The position numbers were made by a program, and so were the translations under genes. This document shows positions 37,343 through 47,071 of a DNA stretch of 64,000 bases, piece by piece. Origin of the DNA: Candidatus Staskawiczbacteria bacterium (GTDB lineage Bacteria; Patescibacteriota; Minisyncoccia; Minisyncoccales; Staskawiczbacteraceae); assembly GCA_963761865.1 (NCBI GenBank), contig CAVXIE010000002.1:274595-338594 (forward strand), given 5' to 3'. Under the pieces are notes generated by a model. That model did not search any database. It saw only the letters and a program-made list of their open reading frames with translations, and was not told the origin of the DNA. Within the stretch, counting starts at the first letter, position 1. Each line of letters begins with the position of its first letter.

Positions 37343-38760
37343 TGGATTTGACTGAATTAACAATTAAACAAGCTCACGAAGGACTTAAAAAAGGAGATTT
37401 TACTTCTGTTGATTTAACAAAAGCTTATTTGGAAAAAATCAAGAACGCGGATAAAGAAATAAATGCATTCTTATCCGTTGATGAAGATTTTGCGATACAT
37501 CAGGCAGAAGAGGCTGACAAAAAAATTGCCCAAGCCAAGGGAGATTTTGGAATTTTAATGGGAATTCCTTGTGCTATCAAAGACGCCATTATGGTTGAGG
37601 GACAAAAATGCACTGCGGCTTCAAAAATTTTAGAAAACTATGTTGCTCCATATAGCGCGACTGTTGTTCAAAAACTATGGCATCAAGGATCGGTCATTCT
37701 AGGAAAAACAAATTTGGATGAGTTTGCAATGGGCGGTTCCGGAGAGAATTCCGCATTTGGAGCAACAAAAAATCCGCACGATAAAACTCGGGTTGCCGGA
37801 GGAAGTTCATCGGGTTCGGCTGCCTCTGTGGCTGCGAATATGGCCTGCTTTTCATTGGGCTCTGATACTGGTGGCTCAATCAGGTTGCCGGCATCTTTTT
37901 GCGGGGTTGTAGGGCTAAAACCGACCTATGGGGCTGTTTCACGATATGGTTTGATTGCCTTTGCTTCGTCGTTGGATCAAATTGGTCCGATTACTAAAAC
38001 AGTTGAGGACGCAGGTATTGTGTTCGATGCAATTAGCGGAAAAGATAAAATGGATGCGACCAGTGTTGACTATAAGCTAGAAGCTAAAAGTTATAAGCTA
38101 GACGGCTTACGGATTGGTGTTCCGAAGGAATATTTTGTAAAAGGAATTGACCCTGAGGTTGAGAAAATCATCCGCGGCGCAATTAAAAAAGCAGAAGATG
38201 CCGGAGCTAAAATTGTTGAAATAAGTTTGCCGAGCGTTGAGTTTGCTTTGGCCTGTTATTACATTATTGCGCCGTCTGAAGCTTCGGCAAACCTGGCGCG
38301 ATTTGATGGAATACGATATGGTTTGTCAGAGCCTGCTGAAAATTTATTGGATGTATATTTAAAATCAAAAGGGTATGGGTTCGGCGCTGAAGTAAAACGC
38401 AGGATTATGCTTGGGACTTACGCCTTGTCGTCGGGATATTATGATGCCTATTACAAAAAAGCGCAGCAAGTTAGAGAATTTATTAAAGAAGATTTTGCTA
38501 AAGCGTTTGCAAAAGTAGATTTGATTTTTTGTCCGGTTTCGCCGGTTCCGGCAATTAAAATAGGGGAGCGAACCGGAGACCCGCTTTCAATGTATTTGAT
38601 GGATATTTATACGGTGTCAGTCAACTTGGCCGGTTTGCCGGCAATTTCGATACCGGCCGGAAAAAGCGGAGACTTGCCGGTTGGTTTGCAAATAATTGGA
38701 AACCATTTTGAGGAAGCTAAGATTTTGTCGATTGCTCAAGAAATAGAAAAAATGCTATAA
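37342..38760 (+). CDS. gatA: Asp/Glu-tRNA amidotransferase subunit A
   Basis: amidase signature [30 protein letters not shown]. Confidence 0.95.
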   Translation: MDLTELTIKQAHEGLKKGDFTSVDLTKAYLEKIKNADKEINAFLSVDEDFAIHQAEEADKKIAQAKGDFGILMGIPCAIKDAIMVEGQKCTAASKILENYVAPYSATVVQKLWHQGSVILGKTNLDEFAMGGSGENSAFGATKNPHDKTRVAGGSSSGSAASVAANMACFSLGSDTGGSIRLPASFCGVVGLKPTYGAVSRYGLIAFASSLDQIGPITKTVEDAGIVFDAISGKDKMDATSVDYKLEAKSYKLDGLRIGVPKEYFVKGIDPEVEKIIRGAIKKAEDAGAKIVEISLPSVEFALACYYIIAPSEASANLARFDGIRYGLSEPAENLLDVYLKSKGYGFGAEVKRRIMLGTYALSSGYYDAYYKKAQQVREFIKEDFAKAFAKVDLIFCPVSPVPAIKIGERTGDPLSMYLMDIYTVSVNLAGLPAISIPAGKSGDLPVGLQIIGNHFEEAKILSIAQEIEKML

Positions 38761-38772
38761 TGGCATTAGTTA

Positions 38773-38834
38773 AAAGTTATCAAGTTATAAAGTTATCAAG
38801 TACAATAAACTTTGTAACTTTAAAACTTTAAACT
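38773..38834. repeat. AAGTTAT-word imperfect palindrome (family E)
   Basis: aaagttatcaagttataaagttatcaagt ... aaactttgtaactttaaaactttaaact. Confidence 0.55.
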
Positions 38835-38837
38835 GCG

Positions 38838-39389
38838 ATGGCAACAGTTACTTGGGATCAAGTTTATCAATTACTTGGAATAAAAGATTTTATTTACTTC
38901 ATTGATTCTCCCAGCATACAAGATGCGCTTTTTCCTATAAAATTAGTTTTTATTGCTTTTACGTTATTTTTTCTTTGCGCAGTAATTTATTTTTATTATA
39001 ACAGCACTTATCTTAAATATAAATTTTTACAGGACACTTCAGAATTCCTTTCGTGGCGCGCCTATGGTTTGGGCGACGTAAGTAAACGATGGGAAGCTAT
39101 AATGAAGAAGACCCAGTCGGGGTTAGAGAGCGAATATAAGTTGGCGATTATTGATGCTGATGATTTTTTGTATCAAACTCTTGAGGAAAAAGGTTTTAAT
39201 GGAGAAAATTTTGAGGAATTACTGAATGATGCTAAAAAGAGAATAAGTATTGATGCGGATACAATTATGGAAGACCATAGAATAAGAAACACTATAGTAT
39301 ATGAACCGGATTATAAATTAGATTCAAAACTGGCTGAAAAAATGTTATCCGAATATGAAACCGTTATAAAAAACACCGCAATATCATAA
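38838..39389 (+). CDS. hypothetical membrane-anchored protein
   Basis: 183-aa ORF, one TM (LVFIAFTLFFLCAVIYFYY). Confidence 0.55.
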   Translation: MATVTWDQVYQLLGIKDFIYFIDSPSIQDALFPIKLVFIAFTLFFLCAVIYFYYNSTYLKYKFLQDTSEFLSWRAYGLGDVSKRWEAIMKKTQSGLESEYKLAIIDADDFLYQTLEEKGFNGENFEELLNDAKKRISIDADTIMEDHRIRNTIVYEPDYKLDSKLAEKMLSEYETVIKNTAIS

Positions 39390-39396
39390 ATAAAAA

Positions 39397-39425
39397 GCCA
39401 GCTTAATGATAGACTGGCCTTTTTC
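39397..39425 (+). terminator. intrinsic terminator
   Basis: gccag/ctggc hairpin plus T-run. Confidence 0.5.
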
Positions 39426-39600
39426 TTTCTTATGGAAGAAGGGGTTAGTGCTGAAAGCCTATGCTGACAGTCCAAAGGATAGTACTGAGAGCTACTAAAA
39501 TTATTATAACCGTCCAGAAAATTTTAAAAAGTTTTTTAGATTTCATATTTAATGTATATTTTTGTTATCTTGCGCTGCAAATAATAATGTATTAGTACTA

Positions 39601-40011
39601 ATGGTAACACATTTTAAGAAAAATAAAAGCGTATCGCGTCAGATTATATTTAAACTCGGAGCTTTTTTTGTTATCTTAGTGGTAGTGATATTAATTATTG
39701 CGGACATCAGGTTATATGACAGAAAAAAATTGGTAGATGCGCAAACGCAGGCTCTGCAGGGTAAGATACAATCCATGCAAGATCAAAACGACGCCTTGAA
39801 GGAAAAAATTTCAAATACTGATAACAGCCAATATATTGATAAAGTGGCGAGAGAAGATTTTGATTTGCAAAAACCGGGCGAAAAAGTAGTTTCTTTTATA
39901 GTGCCGCAAAGTCAGCCGCAAGAAGTTAATAGTGCCCCAAAGAGCGGTTTTCAAATTTGGCTGGGCTGGGTTTCGGGCAGTTGGAATTGGGTGAAAGGTT
40001 TATTCCATTAG
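39601..40011 (+). CDS. FtsB/DivIC-like septum formation initiator
   Basis: TM then coiled coil, YIDKVAREDFDLQKPGEKVV; start uncertain (track 39562). Confidence 0.6.
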   Translation: MVTHFKKNKSVSRQIIFKLGAFFVILVVVILIIADIRLYDRKKLVDAQTQALQGKIQSMQDQNDALKEKISNTDNSQYIDKVAREDFDLQKPGEKVVSFIVPQSQPQEVNSAPKSGFQIWLGWVSGSWNWVKGLFH

Positions 40012-40027
40012 CTTCATGCTAAAATTC

Positions 40028-40098
40028 GCGAGGTTGGTATAGTGGCATTATGTAACCTTCCCAAGGTTAAGACGCGGGTTCGATTCCCGTACCTCGCT
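40028..40098 (+). tRNA. tRNA-Gly (CCC)
   Basis: acceptor gcgaggt/acctcgc, anticodon arm taacc-ttCCCaa-ggtta, T-arm gcggg-ttcgatt-cccgt. Confidence 0.8.
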
Positions 40099-40225
40099 TA
40101 TCAAATTTCGGTGTGGGGGCAAGAGGTAGAAGTATGAGTCCGACTCTCATTGTCCGCTCAGATATTTTTTGTGGGGGACAAGAGGTTAAGGCACGGGTTC
40201 GATTTCTGTTACCCGCTCATATTAA

Positions 40226-40250
40226 AGACCGCCTTAGTGGGCGGTTTTTG
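40226..40250 (+). terminator. intrinsic terminator
   Basis: accgcc/ggcggt hairpin plus T-run. Confidence 0.65.
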
Positions 40251-40305
40251 ACATTCTGCAAAATTTTAGTTAACATATCGGTGTCAATCGGGCGGTTCGG
40301 TTGGC

Positions 40306-41010
40306 TTGCACTTTTTACCTCGAGGTGAAACACTGAAATCGTCTGACGCGGAAAACTTCATTAATTATGCGCTTTGCATCAGAGCAATAGAATTCGGGCT
40401 CTGGAAGTTAAAGGGCGATCGTGATTCGCCATATTTTTTCAATGCCGGTGTTTTTAATACCGGAAGACATTTGAATTACCTTGCCGAACATTATGCAAGA
40501 ATACTTTCCCTGATTTTGGAAAGTCATCCTTTCGACGTCGTGCTCGGTCCGGCATACAGAGGCATTCCACTTGCCTTAACGGTTGTTGAAGCTTTGTATA
40601 ACGAGGGCCATGATATTGGTTATGCCTATGGCCGAAAAGAGAAAAATACTTACGGTGATAGGGGTGTTATTTCAGGCTATCCCATAAAGGGAAAAAAAGT
40701 CCTGGTTGCCGATGACGTTATGGGCAGGGGCGAGGTTGCTAATCATTGGATTAAGAATGTCAAGGAAGCCGGCGGCGAAGTCGTTGTCTATATTGTTATT
40801 TTCGACAGGCAGGAACGTTGTATTAATTGTGACAACTTGACTGCATCTGACTCGATTAGCCGCGAGCACAATTTCCCTGTCATTTCTATCGCAGGGGCTT
40901 CAGATCTTGTCGCCGTCCTTCAAGACCAGGAGCTTCCGGAGGCAAAGCAAATGTTGCCTCGTATTAGAGAATATCTTGAAAAGTTTGGGCCAAGCTCAAA
41001 AGCGGCGTAA
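40306..41010 (+). CDS. pyrE: orotate phosphoribosyltransferase
   Basis: SPYFFNAG, GPAYRGIPLA, VLVADDVMGRG PRPP motif; TTG start uncertain; GC-richer than flanks. Confidence 0.75.
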   Translation: MHFLPRGETLKSSDAENFINYALCIRAIEFGLWKLKGDRDSPYFFNAGVFNTGRHLNYLAEHYARILSLILESHPFDVVLGPAYRGIPLALTVVEALYNEGHDIGYAYGRKEKNTYGDRGVISGYPIKGKKVLVADDVMGRGEVANHWIKNVKEAGGEVVVYIVIFDRQERCINCDNLTASDSISREHNFPVISIAGASDLVAVLQDQELPEAKQMLPRIREYLEKFGPSSKAA

Positions 41011-41020
41011 CCCAAACAAA

Positions 41021-41049
41021 GGTTGCTATCTCGGTAGCAATCTTTTTTT
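41021..41049 (+). terminator. intrinsic terminator
   Basis: ttgcta/tagcaa hairpin plus T7. Confidence 0.6.
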
Positions 41050-41168
41050 ATTTGATTTTTGCTGTTTCTAATGATAAACCTGGAAGAAAGAAGCGGTCAG
41101 TTGTAGTTTGCCAATAGGTGCTAACTTCGTCAACTATCCCGCTACAATATTATTAAAATAATAAAATT

Positions 41169-41750
41169 ATGAACGAAGAATATCGAAGTAGCTTAGAAGA
41201 TGAATCTGGAAAAGAGATTCCAACGGAAACTAGTGAATCAAACAAGCTGAAAAAGAGAAAACCAAAATTATCCGGACTTAGAAAACTTGCAGCATCAGCG
41301 GTATTAGGGGTTTCTGCTTTGGGTGTTGTAAATACGCCGGAAGCAAGTGGCCAACAAAAACCAATAGCAAGAAAAGTAGAACAGAAAGAATCTTTGGCGG
41401 AAAAAAAAAGGGAATCGATTAATCTTTTTGATAAAATTTATAATTTACCAGAACAAGATTCTGAAAATAAAGACAATGACAGGCTGAAAAAAATACAAAC
41501 TGCAAATATTCTTATTCAAAGATTCGCGTTGCAAAGAAAACTTGGATACCCAGAACCCAAGGATGGGTTATTAAAGATATCTGGGACAGTGACTCCCGAA
41601 GATTTATATGATGGTCTCAGGGCTTTAGAAAGACATTTGGATTATTTTCCTAGTTTTCGGGAAGTAGCGCCCTCAAATCCCGGAATGACTGCGTTAAAAT
41701 CATTGATGGATACCTACTTTGCCGATCCTCGTTTTCAAAATAGAAAATAG
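41169..41750 (+). CDS. hypothetical protein with one TM/signal-anchor
   Basis: 193-aa ORF, LAASAVLGVSALGVV. Confidence 0.5.
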   Translation: MNEEYRSSLEDESGKEIPTETSESNKLKKRKPKLSGLRKLAASAVLGVSALGVVNTPEASGQQKPIARKVEQKESLAEKKRESINLFDKIYNLPEQDSENKDNDRLKKIQTANILIQRFALQRKLGYPEPKDGLLKISGTVTPEDLYDGLRALERHLDYFPSFREVAPSNPGMTALKSLMDTYFADPRFQNRK

Positions 41751-41886
41751 CCATCTGAAAATGGCTATTGCTGAAGCTATTTATTCTAATTTAAACACCT
41801 CAAGCGGCGGAAATGAGGTGTTTATTTCGTTTGCGGAAATTGATTTTTGGCGTTTTCGGTGATAAACTTGGCTTAGATAAATATTT

Positions 41887-41958
41887 GCCACCTTAGCTCA
41901 GCGGCAGAGCATTGGTATCGTAAACCAAGGGTCCCGGGTTCAAATCCCGGAGGTGGCT
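41887..41958 (+). tRNA. tRNA-Thr (CGT)
   Basis: acceptor gccacct/aggtggc, D gctc..gagc, anticodon arm ttggt-atCGTaa-accaa, T-arm ccggg-ttcaaat-cccgg. Confidence 0.85.
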
Positions 41959-41959
41959 C

Positions 41960-42114
41960 CGAGATTTGAACCCGCACAAAGGGGGTTCGGGGAAATTGGG
42001 TATTTCCCCGTGAAGGAAAACAGTGCCGCGAGCTTTGCGAGCGGACACGTTAGAAACTGTGAGTTTCTAAGGAGCTAGCTTGCGAACGACGGGGTCTAAT
42101 CCCGGAGGTGGCTC
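41960..42114 (+). repeat. conserved hairpin-rich core element, copy 2 (family H), followed by a duplicate of the tRNA-Thr 3' end
   Basis: core 41974-42091 matches 16828-16938; atcccggaggtggctc at 41944-41959 and 42099-42114. Confidence 0.8.
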
Positions 42115-42230
42115 AAATAGCCGAATAAATTGGAGTTTAGTATTTCATTTTTATATAGGTATGGTAGAAAGGAATCAGCCCTTTCAATTTTGTGTTCATT
42201 TCGTTTCTCCACTTCAAAAGGAGTTTGCAA

Positions 42231-42890
42231 ATGTTTAGGCACATCATTTCGGTTGTATTTTTGTTGTTTGTCTTCAATATATCGGCAAGTGTAGCTCAAG
42301 AACTGGCGCTTGAGAAGACAAAAAAAATTGTCAAAGACTTTGGTGATAGCTATTGGCCAATACGGGAAAAAGCCAGCGACGAGCTTGATAAGATTATCAC
42401 GTTTGATATTTGTAAATGGCTGATTTCCAGAAAAACAAATGACTCTGAAGTCCAGCTTCGCATAGAGCAGGGCATTACTGTATATTCCCGCAGATTGCGT
42501 TTAAAATATAGCGCTAATCTGAAGGGTTATCCCAAGTGGCCGTGGATTGATGAGCTAGTTTCGTGTTGCTATTACGACATTCCATATAAAGGATTGCATT
42601 ACTCAGGTGTAGCTAGCGGATATGTAGACCTTGCAGTGTCGCGTGGCGCGGCAAGGGATGGTTCTCCTAATTGGGAAAACTATCGGGAAGCAACTCGAAT
42701 CTGGACAGAAGAAAGAGTTGATTTTCAATTTGGAAAAGCGTTTTGGGAATCCAAAGATGCAAAGGAATTTAATAGCCGGATATCAGAAAACATGGATTGT
42801 ATAGATAGGGATATCGCGCGTCTCGTTGAAAGAGAAAACAAGTTTTGGAAAGACAAAGGAATGAAAAATCCATTACTTGAAAAAAAGTAA
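42231..42890 (+). CDS. hypothetical secreted protein
   Basis: AAAGGAG 8 nt before ATG 42231; signal-like MFRHIISVVFLLFVFNISASVAQE. Confidence 0.55.
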   Translation: MFRHIISVVFLLFVFNISASVAQELALEKTKKIVKDFGDSYWPIREKASDELDKIITFDICKWLISRKTNDSEVQLRIEQGITVYSRRLRLKYSANLKGYPKWPWIDELVSCCYYDIPYKGLHYSGVASGYVDLAVSRGAARDGSPNWENYREATRIWTEERVDFQFGKAFWESKDAKEFNSRISENMDCIDRDIARLVERENKFWKDKGMKNPLLEKK

Positions 42891-42917
42891 TCGTCGGACG
42901 GCGAACAAACAGTAATA

Positions 42918-42944
42918 AGGAGAGACGTTAACGTCTCTCCTTTA
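42918..42944 (+). terminator. perfect palindromic hairpin after 42231..42890
   Basis: aggagagacgt ta acgtctctcct then ttt. Confidence 0.5.
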
Positions 42945-43004
42945 ATGTATTTAATTTTTTTTGAAAATATGGTAAGTTTAATTATATAAATTAAGCCCAT
43001 TATT

Positions 43005-44114
43005 ATGGCTGACGAATCTAAAGATACTCAAAAGCTGGAAGAGCAAGTCCAATATATGATGGACCGTTTTTGATTTAGAAACCAAAGAAAAAGAACTTGC
43101 AGGTTTGGAAAAAGATTCGGAGCAGCCGGATTTTTGGAAAGATCAAAAGAACGCGGCGGAAATAAGCCAAAAAATTTCTGAACTGAAAGAAGAAATTGGG
43201 GTGATGGAATTGCTGAAAAAGGAATTGGCCGAAGTAAAAGAATTAGAGTCTATGTCCGTTGAAGATGAAGCCTTGTCTAAAGAATTTATCGTAACATATA
43301 ATAAGCTTGCACAGGATATCAAACAACAGGAATTTAGGATTTATTTGTCTGATACATATGATAAAGACAATGCAATTATGGAAATATTTTCCGGAGCCGG
43401 TGGACAGGACAGTCAAGATTGGGCGACGATATTGCTACGGATGTATGAAAAATATTTTGCCAAAAAGGGTTTTAAAGTAAATGTATTGCACCAGTCATTT
43501 GGCGATGGTGGCGGACCTGATGGAAGAATTGGAACAAAATCGGTAACAATGGAAGTGAAGGGAAATTATGCATACGGTTTTTTAAAAAGAGAAACTGGAG
43601 TGCATCGGTTAGTAAGAATTTCACCGTTTAACGCGCAAAAATTACGGCATACATCGTTTGCGTTGGTTGAAGTATTGCCGGAGATAAAAGAAGATAACGC
43701 TGAAATTTTGATAAAGCCGGAAGAGTTAAAAGTTGATACGTTCAGGTCTTCAGGTCCGGGCGGACAATATGTAAATAAAACAGAATCAGCAATAAGAATA
43801 ACGCATTTGCCGACAGGAATCGTAGTTGCTTCTCAGACGGAAAGATTGCAGGGGAAGAATAAAGAAAACGCAATGAAAATTTTGCATGGCAAAACTTGTA
43901 TCAGCAAAAAAAGAAAGAACACAAAGAAGAACTGAAAGAAATAAAAGGGGATTCAATTTCGGCAAGCTGGGGAAACCAAATAAGGTCTTATGTTTTGCAT
44001 CCCTATAAAATGGTAAAAGATTTAAGAACGCAATATGAAACCTCAGACACCGAAGGAGTACTAGACGGAGATTTGGAAGATTTTATTGAAGCGGAACTTA
44101 AATTAACAGATTAA
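43005..44114 (+). pseudogene. prfB: peptide chain release factor 2: programmed +1 frameshift site at 43068-43073 plus one extra shift in an A-run near 43891
   Basis: MADESKDTQKLEEQVQYMMDRF-TGA then +1 DLETKEKELAGLEKDSEQPDFWKD; SGAGGQ, SPF, GPGGQYVNKTESAIRITH (GGQ), [13 protein letters not shown]. Confidence 0.85.
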
Positions 44115-44116
44115 AA

Positions 44117-44794
44117 ATGATAAAATTTAATAAAGTAACAAAAATTTATCAGCCGGACTCAATCGTTTTGCAAGATGTTTCTTTTGAAATAAAAAAGGAG
44201 AATTTGTTTCTATTGTTGGAAGATCAGGAGCCGGTAAAACAACAATTGTAAAATTAATTCTGGGGCTGGAGAATCCAACTTACGGAGATGTTTTTTTTAA
44301 GGGTGAAAGTGTAGTAATATGGATAATAATTCGCTTCAGGATATAAGAAGAAAAATCGGAGGTATTTATCAGGACTATAAATTGTTGCCGAAGAAAACCG
44401 TCTATGAAAATGTGGCTTATATTATGGAAATTGAGGGCAAAAAAAATAATGAAATTGAAACAGAAGTGCCGAAAGTTTTGGAGCTTATCGGACTTCAAGA
44501 AAAAATGGACAATTTCCCAAGCCAACTTTCCGGCGGAGAACAGCAAAGGTTAGTTATTGCGAGAGCCATAGTAAATCATCCTGAAGTTATAATTGCCGAC
44601 GAGCCAACAGGGAATCTTGATCCGTATAATACTTATGAGGTGATTTCTTTTTGGAAAAAATAAATCAGGCCGGCAAAACAATTATTTTATCAACTCATGA
44701 CAAAGAAATGATAAACAAACTCGGAAAAAGAGTTATAACTATAGAAAATGGAAAAATTATAAGAGACGAAGAAAAAGGGCGATTTTTAATTTAG
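44117..44794 (+). pseudogene. ftsE: cell division ATP-binding protein FtsE, frameshifted
   Basis: MIKFNKVTKIY.., GRSGAGKTT (Walker A), LSGGEQQR, IIADEPTGNLD across frames. Confidence 0.85.
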
Positions 44795-44862
44795 CTTATA
44801 GATTATAGCTTCTAGCTTTTAGTCCGTGACTAAAACCTAAAACCTAGCACCTAAAACCTAAT
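44792..44862. repeat. TAG/CTA-word palindromic element (family C)
   Basis: tagcttatagattatagcttctagcttttagtc cgtg actaaaacctaaaacctagcacctaaaacctaat. Confidence 0.6.
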
Positions 44863-44868
44863 ATCAAA

Positions 44869-45798
44869 ATGCTGACAAATTTAAAAAGAGTTTTTCGCCT
44901 TGCGTTCGTTGATTTTTACCGGAACAAAGGAATGTCCGTTGCAGCGATTTTTGTTTTAACAATAACAATTATGCTTGTCACCGGGCTTTTCTTTTTTCAT
45001 GGAGTTAGCAATTTTTTAATTTTACAGATTCAAAACAAAATTGATATTACAGCCTATTTTAAATCAGATGCGCAAGAACAGGATATTTTTACCGTAAGAG
45101 ATTCGCTTAAAAGTAAATTTCCTTCAATAAAAGATATTGAGTATGTTTCCAAAGATCATGCGTTGAACTCTTTCACGCAAAAAAACCAGGATAGTACAGT
45201 TTTTTCAAAAGCTCTTTCGGAAGTGGGGGATAACCCGTTTTTGCCATCTTTAAACATTATGACCGATGGCAATGTTCAGCAGTACCAGCAAATTGCCAAC
45301 CTGCTTAACCAAGACAGATTATAGCAGTATTATTGATAAGGTTGATTTTTCCCAGAAAAAAGATACAATTGAAAAGGTTTATTCAATAACTTCAGAGATA
45401 TAAACACGGGGGGTTAATCCTTAGCGAATATTTTGATTATCATTGCAATGCTGGTTGTTTTTAATACAATAAAACTTGCCATAGAAAATTCAAAAGACGA
45501 AATTGCAACAATGAAAATAGTCGGCGCCTCAAATTGGTTTATCAGCGCGCCGTTCGTGATTCAAGGGGGCATTTTATGGGTTTGTGTCTTTTGATTTGAT
45601 TTTGTTTTCTGATAACATTGGCGGCTTACTTATGTGTCGTCTATTTGGAGTTTCGTCGGTTATACTGGGATTTAATTTGTTCGGTTATTTCAATTGCCAA
45701 ATTGGTGGATTTTTTGTTAGTCAATTAGTTTTGCCGTTGGGTTGGGCGTATTTATCAAGCTTGATTGTTGTCAAAAAATATTTAGAAAGTTTAAATTT
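44869..45798 (+). pseudogene. ftsX: cell division permease FtsX, frameshifted; 3' end uncertain
   Basis: FRLAFVDFYRNKGMSVAAIFVLTI, periplasmic domain, MKIVGASNWFISAPFVIQGG in other frame. Confidence 0.75.
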
Positions 45799-45872
45799 TG
45801 CGGGATCGTCTAATGGTAGGACACATCCCTCTGGAGGATGGTATCTTGGTTCGAGTCCAAGTCCCGCAGCCA
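45799..45872 (+). tRNA. tRNA-Gln (CTG), CCA encoded
   Basis: U1-A72 acceptor tgcggga/tcccgca, anticodon arm catcc-ctCTGga-ggatg, T-arm cttgg-ttcgagt-ccaag, gcca tail. Confidence 0.85.
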
Positions 45873-45897
45873 TCACATGCTAAGTCAGGCGACTTAG

Positions 45898-46929
45898 ATG
45901 CGTGCGATTATTAAAAATAAATTTATGAAAAATTATTACAAATTTTTTATATTATTAATAGTTGTTTTTTTTATTATCCCCTCAATAGTTTCGGCTGACA
46001 TTCTTACGCCGGTAGTTACTGGGGTTACTCCGGTTGGGAATGTAGTCCCTGGTATTACCAAAATCTGTGTAAACGGAAAAAACTTTGGGACAAGCGCCGA
46101 AGGATGGACAACTAATAGTAGTATAACCGTGGGAGCCATTAAGATAACAAAAGCTTTGTGGACCGACAACTCCATTTGTTTTATAGCCCCAAACGGTCTT
46201 CCATATGGAGGTATTATGATGAGCGTTCTTCTGCACATTAACAACGGTTCTACTAGTATTGATGGTGGTGGTAACATAATAACGCTTGGCGGTGTATTTG
46301 ATAATAGTTTAATCCTTAATGATACTTACATAAAGAAACAATATTATTTATATAATATCCATGCGTTTGACGGTTGGTCAATTCAACCCAACGGTAATAA
46401 TGTTGTAGTTGCAGTTATAGACTAAGGTATATACTTGAATCATCCAGATTTACGCGATGACATTTGGACAAATCAAAAAGAAATTGGTGGCAATGGAAAA
46501 GATGATGATAATAATGGATATATAGATGACACATATGGTTGGAATTTTATTTCTGATACAAAAGATATGACTCCAACTGGGAGCCATGGAACTATGGTAG
46601 CTGGGATCATCGGTGCAGTAAAAAATAATTCAACTGGAATTTCTGGAATAGCATCTGGAGTGAAATTAATGTCTTTAATTGCTTACGATAGCAGCGGTGG
46701 TTGCCAGGTAGATGCTGTCACAAAAGCTATAAAATATGCTGCCGATAATGGCGCCAATATAATAAATTTAAGCCTTGGTACATCGGGAGCAACAAATTAT
46801 ACAGATAAATATAACGATGTAATTTGTTATGCCTATAACAAAGGAGTGGTTGTTGTGGCCTCGGCGGGTAAGGTAGCACACCGGCTTATCGGCGTAAAGA
46901 GCATTGACAATAATATGTATGTATGCTAA
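45898..46929 (+). pseudogene. secreted S8 subtilase-like protease: in-frame TAA at 46423-46425 inside the catalytic D-T/S-G motif and 3' truncation (no catalytic Ser region)
   Basis: signal/TM, VVVAVID*GIYLNHPDL, GSHGTMVAGIIGA, VVVASAG then sequence changes character near 46868. Confidence 0.7.
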
Positions 46930-47071
46930 TATTTAGAGTATTAGTTTGGGTATGTATATATGCCTGAACTACGTTCGTTGAAAGAGAGCAAATGGAGTCA
47001 GGGAGTATTTGCGGCACGATGTGTGCTTCAGGCTTCTTGGTTTCAACATTTCTGTTAAAGGAGTTTCTGTA

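Noticed and set aside
39428-39548. A 33-aa hydrophobic minus-strand mini-ORF (MKSKKLFKIFWTVIIILVALS..).
   Set aside because: It is too short and has no supporting signal. It may be real, but it is not supportable from the sequence alone.
40113-40328. 71-aa track ORF downstream of tRNA-Gly.
   Set aside because: It runs through tRNA-like fragments and an intrinsic terminator, and nothing supports coding.
46423-46425. Stop-codon reassignment: TAA in the subtilase, TGA in prfB, as in some CPR lineages that read UGA as Gly.
   Set aside because: TAA, TAG and TGA all terminate well-delimited conserved genes here, at the expected protein ends. The prfB TGA is the classical frameshift site. The subtilase is also truncated, so a nonsense mutation fits better.
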